Positions 7,553 to 12,138 of a stretch of DNA of 12,138 nucleotides are shown piece by piece. The first letter of the stretch is position 1, and the number at the start of each line of letters is the position of its first letter. A program made the position numbers and the translations under genes. The stretch lies in NCBI GenBank assembly GCA_029856125.1, contig JAHQWJ010000002.1, forward strand, positions 1-12,138, in the 5' to 3' direction. The notes below the pieces were generated by a model. The model saw nothing but the letters and a program-made list of their open reading frames with translations, searched no databases and was not told the DNA's origin. This stretch comes from Promethearchaeia archaeon (GTDB taxonomy: Archaea > Asgardarchaeota > Lokiarchaeia > Sigyniarchaeales > SOKP01).

Positions 7553-8722
7553 ATGTTGTTTCAAGAGATTAATGTATGGGCTATCGGCATTACAGTGACT
7601 TGTGCGATAATAGGATTCTTATTCATAATATTTATGGCCGCACGATATCGAAAATTTAAAACAAACCAGTTTGTAATCCATTTGAGAAATGGTAAGGTAA
7701 AATCAGCAGGTCTCGGTGGAAGTATATGGTTATTACCCTTAATTGACGAATATATTGTTATTCCGACTACTAGTATACAAACGATTTTAGAAGCCCACGA
7801 TCAAGTAGTTTCAATGGAATACCAGAATATTGAATTCGTAGGTATGATTATTTGGAAAGTCGTTGATCCTGAAAAGGCGTTTAGTTCAGTTTCATGGAAC
7901 TTACGGGATGAGAACTATGTAGAAAAGATTTTAAAAGGAGCTGCTGAGGCAGTTATTAGAACAATATGTGCTAATATGCCGCTTGAATTAATTATTAGAG
8001 AAAGAAGAGAGATAATTGATCATGTTTTAAAGGATTTACACGAGTTATCAGCAGATTGGGGAATTTTAATTGAAACATTCGAAATATTGGAAGTTATAAT
8101 CGTAGAGGCCGAATTAAAAAAGAACATGGAAGCTGTCAAGCAAGCAGTTGAGTATCAAAAAGCGAGAATTGCCAAAGCCGATGCAGAACAAGAATCAAGA
8201 ATGAAAGAATTGCAAGTACAAAACGAGATAGGAACTCAAGAGCAATTAGTTCAGAGAGATATTGAACTACGAAGGAAGGAGAAAGAAATCTCAATTGCTG
8301 AAAAAGAACGCGAACGTAAAAAGATTGAAGCTGATGGTGAACGACAAAGAGTAGTAATTGAAGCTGATGGTCAAGCTTCTGCTATTAAGAGAAAATTAAT
8401 TGCTCAAGCAGAAGGTGAGGCTGAAAGCATAAGACAACAAATGCTCGCTCAAGCTGAAGGATTTCAAGAACAAGTAGATGCCATGAGCAACGCCGATCAA
8501 AGGTTCTTAGCAGTTCAATTAACTAACATTTTACCTGAGATATTTAAGCATTTAAGTCCGGATAAAATGTTCATTATGGGTAATGGAGACGACGCGTTTA
8601 GCTCTCTTTCAAAAGCGATTTTGCCATTTCTGCAACTGTTGCCTGAATACTCTGATAAGATAAAGAACTTCTTAGGAAACGGAGATTTGAAGTCAAAAGT
8701 TCAAGAATTATTAGTCCAGTAA
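7553..8722 (+). CDS. SPFH/band 7 flotillin-like protein
   Basis: N-terminal TM, SPFH core (WLLPLIDE, IWKVVDPEKA, AVIRTICANMPLE.II.ER, WGILIETFEILEV) and an A/E-rich coiled coil (IEADGE, IEADGQ, AQAEGE, AQAEG). AGGAGG RBS upstream. Confidence 0.93.
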   Translation: MLFQEINVWAIGITVTCAIIGFLFIIFMAARYRKFKTNQFVIHLRNGKVKSAGLGGSIWLLPLIDEYIVIPTTSIQTILEAHDQVVSMEYQNIEFVGMIIWKVVDPEKAFSSVSWNLRDENYVEKILKGAAEAVIRTICANMPLELIIRERREIIDHVLKDLHELSADWGILIETFEILEVIIVEAELKKNMEAVKQAVEYQKARIAKADAEQESRMKELQVQNEIGTQEQLVQRDIELRRKEKEISIAEKERERKKIEADGERQRVVIEADGQASAIKRKLIAQAEGEAESIRQQMLAQAEGFQEQVDAMSNADQRFLAVQLTNILPEIFKHLSPDKMFIMGNGDDAFSSLSKAILPFLQLLPEYSDKIKNFLGNGDLKSKVQELLVQ

Positions 8723-8725
8723 GAG

Positions 8726-8760
8726 TAAATTATTTTTTTTTCATTAAATTATTTTTTTTT
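8726..8760 (+). terminator. Duplicated oligo-T terminator
   Basis: TAAATTATTTTTTTTT occurs twice (8726-8741 and 8745-8760) right after the SPFH stop. Confidence 0.55.
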
Positions 8761-8863
8761 ATTATTGTTAAAGCTTAATAAAACCTTAAAAAAAGAACTA
8801 AGAACAAGAATTAGATACAAAATTATTGAAGATAGTTATAAATAGGAGTAAAGTGAATGAATT

Positions 8864-9808
8864 TTGAATGTAAAATTTGAAGATATTGAACAATCCTTAG
8901 TAGAAGGTAATAAACAATATCAATGGAAAATTATACAAGAAGAAGAATCTAATCAAATTGACGGTAAAATCCCTATATATCCAGTTTTGATTCTCACTTG
9001 TATGGATCCAAGGATTGATGTATACCGAATATTTCAATTAAAACCCGGAGATGCGTTTGTTTTAAGAAACGCTGGAAATGTGTATACTGAGGATGTTTTA
9101 AGATCTGCGTTAGTTGCCATACATAAATATAACATTCAATACATAGTAGTTCTAGGACATCTTGACTGCGGGATGAAAAAACTTCGTTTACATGATCTGA
9201 CGAATAAACTAACCGATTCTGCAATCAAAAAGATTGGAAAATCTGGGACGAATTTTTATCTTGAGTTGCTGAAATTTTTCAAGGCATTTGTTGATGAAAT
9301 TAAGAACATTGAGAATCAAGTCCATAAGTTTAGGAACGCACGAGAGATTCCCACTGATATAAAAATCATTGGAATGCTATACGATCCCAATACAAGTTGG
9401 GTGTTCAGAAATGAAGAATTAAAACTCTACTCAAATTATGAAGACTTTGCTAAAGGTTATCGAAATATCTTACAAACTAAGAAATATGAACTAATAGATT
9501 ACATCGAGAGTCACCAAGACGAGATTATTGGAGAAGGTGTCCTACAAGATGTAGAAAGGCGTATTGATATTGATGAAAATAGAAAAAATATACCCCCTAC
9601 AGAAATTACAAAAAATCAAGAATCTATTATCAACGATAAATTAGAAGAAATTCCGAATGAAACACCAATTTTAAACTTTAATAAAAATGTCTCAACGGGA
9701 GTTTACAGTAATTTAATTTCGATTCCAAAAATTAAAATTCCCAAAATATTCGTACCAAAAATAAAAGTTCATGTTCCGGTTATATATAAGAAAAATGAAA
9801 TAAAATGA
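8864..9808 (+). CDS. Beta-class carbonic anhydrase with a C-terminal extension
   Basis: LTCMDPR (CxDxR), LRNAGN, GHLDCG (HxxC), GMLYD. TTG start; the exact start is uncertain. Confidence 0.9.
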   Translation: MNVKFEDIEQSLVEGNKQYQWKIIQEEESNQIDGKIPIYPVLILTCMDPRIDVYRIFQLKPGDAFVLRNAGNVYTEDVLRSALVAIHKYNIQYIVVLGHLDCGMKKLRLHDLTNKLTDSAIKKIGKSGTNFYLELLKFFKAFVDEIKNIENQVHKFRNAREIPTDIKIIGMLYDPNTSWVFRNEELKLYSNYEDFAKGYRNILQTKKYELIDYIESHQDEIIGEGVLQDVERRIDIDENRKNIPPTEITKNQESIINDKLEEIPNETPILNFNKNVSTGVYSNLISIPKIKIPKIFVPKIKVHVPVIYKKNEIK

Positions 9809-9910
9809 GTGAATAGTGGAAAATTTAACTTAATTTTTTTAGTATTTCATTAACTTCTAACTTATCCTTTGAGAGTAGTAAAAAAATTTTTAATTTAGAA
9901 ATAATTTATA

Positions 9911-9928
9911 AAATTAAAAATTTATATT
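9911..9928 (+). promoter_or_regulatory. Possible BRE/TATA promoter for tRNA-Thr
   Basis: An A-rich stretch followed by TTTATA at 9921, 27 nt upstream of the mature tRNA 5' end. Confidence 0.4.
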
Positions 9929-9947
9929 TTTATCCCTAAGAAACCTT

Positions 9948-10043
9948 GCCTCCGTGGCTTAGCTGGCTATTGCGTTGCCTTGGTATTCGCAGTAATGACC
10001 AAACAGGCAAAGGTCGCGGGTTCAAATCCCGCCGGAGGCTCCA
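9948..10043 (+). tRNA. tRNA-Thr(GGT) with a 19-nt intron at 37/38 (9986-10004) and encoded CCA
   Basis: Acceptor GCCTCCG/CGGAGGC, anticodon stem TTGCC/GGCAA, GGT at 9982-9984, T arm GCGGG-TTCAAAT-CCCGC, then T73 and CCA. BHB motif: central helix TTGG/CCAA with 3-nt bulges TAT and ACA. Confidence 0.95.
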
Positions 10044-10132
10044 TCATTTCTTTTTACTTCTTTTGATAAAACAAAAAAGATAATAATAATTTTAAATTAG
10101 ATTAATAGTTAATAATATAATATATTTAATTT

Positions 10133-10270
10133 GCCGGTGTGGCTTAGCTGGTTATAAAACATTCGTATTAAATGTTTGTTTAATAAGCGCCAGACTCATA
10201 ATCCTACTGAAAAAATGGGTCAGACTGGATGTAATCTGGAGGTTCGTGGGCTCATATCCCACCACCGGCA
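10133..10270 (+). tRNA. tRNA-Met(CAT), elongator-like, with two introns (about 10157-10186 in the D arm and 10201-10233 at 37/38); atypical T loop
   Basis: Acceptor GCCGGTG/CACCGGC plus A73, anticodon stem CCAGA/TCTGG with CAT at 10197-10199, T stem GTGGG/CCCAC. Removing the 30-nt and 33-nt insertions gives a cloverleaf. A T-tract follows. Confidence 0.85.
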
Positions 10271-10349
10271 TTTTTTAATTATTTTAATGAAAATTCTTAT
10301 AATTTCGAAGAATTTAAGATATTTCTTTAATTTGTATCCTTTGATTCTA

Positions 10350-11129
10350 ATGACCGGCATAAAGGAAGTTAAACGATTTCAAGAATTTTTAATGAACGCA
10401 TGGCCAGCTGAACAGTATTATTTTTTAAATGGATGGATATTACGATTTACTAAAGGAGTTACTTATCGGGCTAATTCAGTCATACCAATTAATTATACTG
10501 GAAATAATACTTTTATCGAAAATGATATCGAAATGGTTGAAAATGCTTATAGATCATTCAATTTGCCAACTATTTTCACTATGCATGAGTATTTTGAACC
10601 AAAAGAATTAGACGGAGTTTTAAGGAACAGAGGGTATGTTGAACAGGATCGCACAAATGCATTGTTAATGCAAGCACATCATCTTGATTTAAAACGCATT
10701 AATAACGATTTTAATTACGAGATTCATAATGAAAGAGTAAATCAATTCTCCGCATTATTAACAAAATTTACGAAAAGAGATAGATACCAGCAGGAGATAA
10801 TAAAAGAGATAACAAATAGAATTAATGTGCCAAAAAAATGTTTTGTCATCGCTAAATGGCGAGGAGAGGCTATAGGAACTTTAATGGGTGTACTCAACCC
10901 TCAAAACTATTTTTACATCGCTGATGTGTTTGTAAATCCAGAATTTAGACGCCAAAGAATAGCAAGTTCTATGCTCAAAACTGCAATAAAAGATTGGGCT
11001 ATACTGAATGGAGTCGAAAAGATTTGGCTCCAAGTAGAACTCCAGAACTTTAATGCAATGAAATTGTATGAAGATTTTGGAATGAAGAAGGTTTACAGTT
11101 ATTATTACTTAAGGAAAGATCGATTTTGA
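10350..11129 (+). CDS. GNAT family N-acetyltransferase
   Basis: NAWPA..GWILRFTKGVTYRANSV N-terminal signature, acetyl-CoA motif A VFVNPEFRRQRIAS, and WLQV..N..A..LY..FG. The start is moved to the in-frame ATG 10350 because the track's 10176 start overlaps tRNA-Met. Confidence 0.9.
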   Translation: MTGIKEVKRFQEFLMNAWPAEQYYFLNGWILRFTKGVTYRANSVIPINYTGNNTFIENDIEMVENAYRSFNLPTIFTMHEYFEPKELDGVLRNRGYVEQDRTNALLMQAHHLDLKRINNDFNYEIHNERVNQFSALLTKFTKRDRYQQEIIKEITNRINVPKKCFVIAKWRGEAIGTLMGVLNPQNYFYIADVFVNPEFRRQRIASSMLKTAIKDWAILNGVEKIWLQVELQNFNAMKLYEDFGMKKVYSYYYLRKDRF

Positions 11130-11203
11130 ATTTTTCTTCTTTATTCTTATTTAAAACAGAAATCTAAAATGTTTTTTACTTCAATATCTTAAATTTAATT
11201 GTT

Positions 11204-12138
11204 ATGGAAAGATTTATTTCAAAAAAAATTTCTTCCGATGAATTATCGATATTAGATAATAACTCAGAATGGTTGGGAATTCCAAAAAGCCATTTGATGG
11301 AATGTGCGGGGTATATATTTGCTACAGAAATTATAGCTCAAGGATTTTTGAAGGAAAATTCAAAAGTGGCTATTTTTTGTGGAACGGGGAATAATGGTGG
11401 CGATGGTTTTGTAGTAGCTCGACATTTATCTTCCATGGGAGTGAAAGTTTTAGTAATTTTGGTTGGAACACCTGATAAAATAAGAACGAAAGAAGCTCAG
11501 CTTAATTGGGACATCATATTTAGGAATCTTACTTACTCAATTAAGACAGTCTCTATTAAAGATTCAACGGACGCAAAAGTCATCATGAAGATTATTGAAA
11601 AAGATCAAAGCTACTCCTTAATTGTAGATGCTTTATTAGGTACGGGAATAAAAGGGCAAATTAGGGAACCAATTTCTTCCACAATAGATACGATAAACAG
11701 TATTAGAGAAAAAGAAAACGAACGAATTAAAATTGCTTCAATAGATGTACCTTCAGGAGTAGATCCAGATACGGGAAAAATTTCCGATAAAGCTGTCAAT
11801 CCAGATTTAGTTATAACTTTCCACAGAATTAAAAAAGGCTTGAAAAAAACGGGAAAATATCATGTAATCGAAAAATCTATTGGTATCCCCCCTGAAGCGA
11901 GTATATTTGTCGGGAAGGGCGATTTACTACCAAACTTAAAATCAAGAATCATTGATACTCATAAAGGAGAATTCGGCAGAGTTTTAGTTATTGGTGGCTC
12001 AAAGAATTATTCCGGAGCTCCTGCGTACGCATCCTTAACATGCATTCATTTTGGGTGTGATCTAGTTATTAGCTATGTTCCAGAAATTATAGGAGATGTG
12101 ATTCGTAGTTATTCGCCGAATATGATCGTACGGACAAG
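11204..12138 (+). CDS. nnr: Bifunctional NAD(P)H-hydrate epimerase/dehydratase (YjeF); runs off the right edge
   Basis: Manual translation from ATG 11204: MERFISKKISSDELSILDNNSEWLGIP..LMECAG..FCGTGNNGGDG..DALLGTG..IDVPSG, then the dehydratase start HKGEFGRVLVIGGSKNYSGAP. Confidence 0.95.
   Translation, partial: MERFISKKISSDELSILDNNSEWLGIPKSHLMECAGYIFATEIIAQGFLKENSKVAIFCGTGNNGGDGFVVARHLSSMGVKVLVILVGTPDKIRTKEAQLNWDIIFRNLTYSIKTVSIKDSTDAKVIMKIIEKDQSYSLIVDALLGTGIKGQIREPISSTIDTINSIREKENERIKIASIDVPSGVDPDTGKISDKAVNPDLVITFHRIKKGLKKTGKYHVIEKSIGIPPEASIFVGKGDLLPNLKSRIIDTHKGEFGRVLVIGGSKNYSGAPAYASLTCIHFGCDLVISYVPEIIGDVIRSYSPNMIVRT

Noticed and set aside
8844-8880. AGGAG plus ATG at 8857, out of frame with the carbonic anhydrase, as a uORF or frameshift
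   Set aside because: It gives only 7 codons and the in-frame TTG at 8864 is an adequate start; cannot be supported further without homologue alignment.
8994-9224. 76-aa minus-strand ORF
   Set aside because: Antisense to the carbonic anhydrase.
10176-10349. 58-aa N-terminal extension of the GNAT given by the ORF track
   Set aside because: It overlaps the tRNA-Met gene and its T-tract; family similarity begins after ATG 10350.
10264-10360. ACCGGCAT repeated at the tRNA-Met 3' end (10264) and at 10353 as an att site
   Set aside because: Only 8 bp, the second copy lies in the GNAT coding start, and there is no integrase or cargo between the copies.
10429-10611. 60-aa alternative-frame ORF inside the GNAT
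   Set aside because: Fully nested in a well-supported CDS, with no motifs.
11611-11799. 62-aa minus-strand ORF
   Set aside because: Antisense to the nnr gene.

Overview
AT-rich archaeal chromosomal window, most likely Asgard/Lokiarchaeia. This is inferred from the bulge-helix-bulge (BHB) tRNA introns, GAGGTGA-type RBSs, oligo-T terminators and a stand-alone longin-like gene. In order, it contains: a partial DUF6786-like gene (missing from the ORF track), a tandem-fused double bacterioferritin-like protein, a longin-like protein, a VOC protein and a beta-lactamase-fold serine hydrolase. Next is a ribbon-helix-helix (RHH)-like regulator divergent from a membrane gene cluster (sORF, 2-TM zinc-ribbon protein, very basic 66-aa protein, NfeD/YqiJ-like protein with a 100-residue alternating Asp-hydrophobic tract, small TM protein, flotillin-like SPFH protein). 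After that come a beta-carbonic anhydrase with a basic repetitive tail, intron-containing tRNA-Thr(GGT), tRNA-Met(CAT) with two introns, a GNAT and a partial bifunctional Nnr (YjeF) gene. The best candidates for new biology are the expanded NfeD-flotillin cluster with its patterned operator region, the double-intron atypical tRNA-Met and the fused bacterioferritin. All family calls come from motif recognition by eye, not from database searches.
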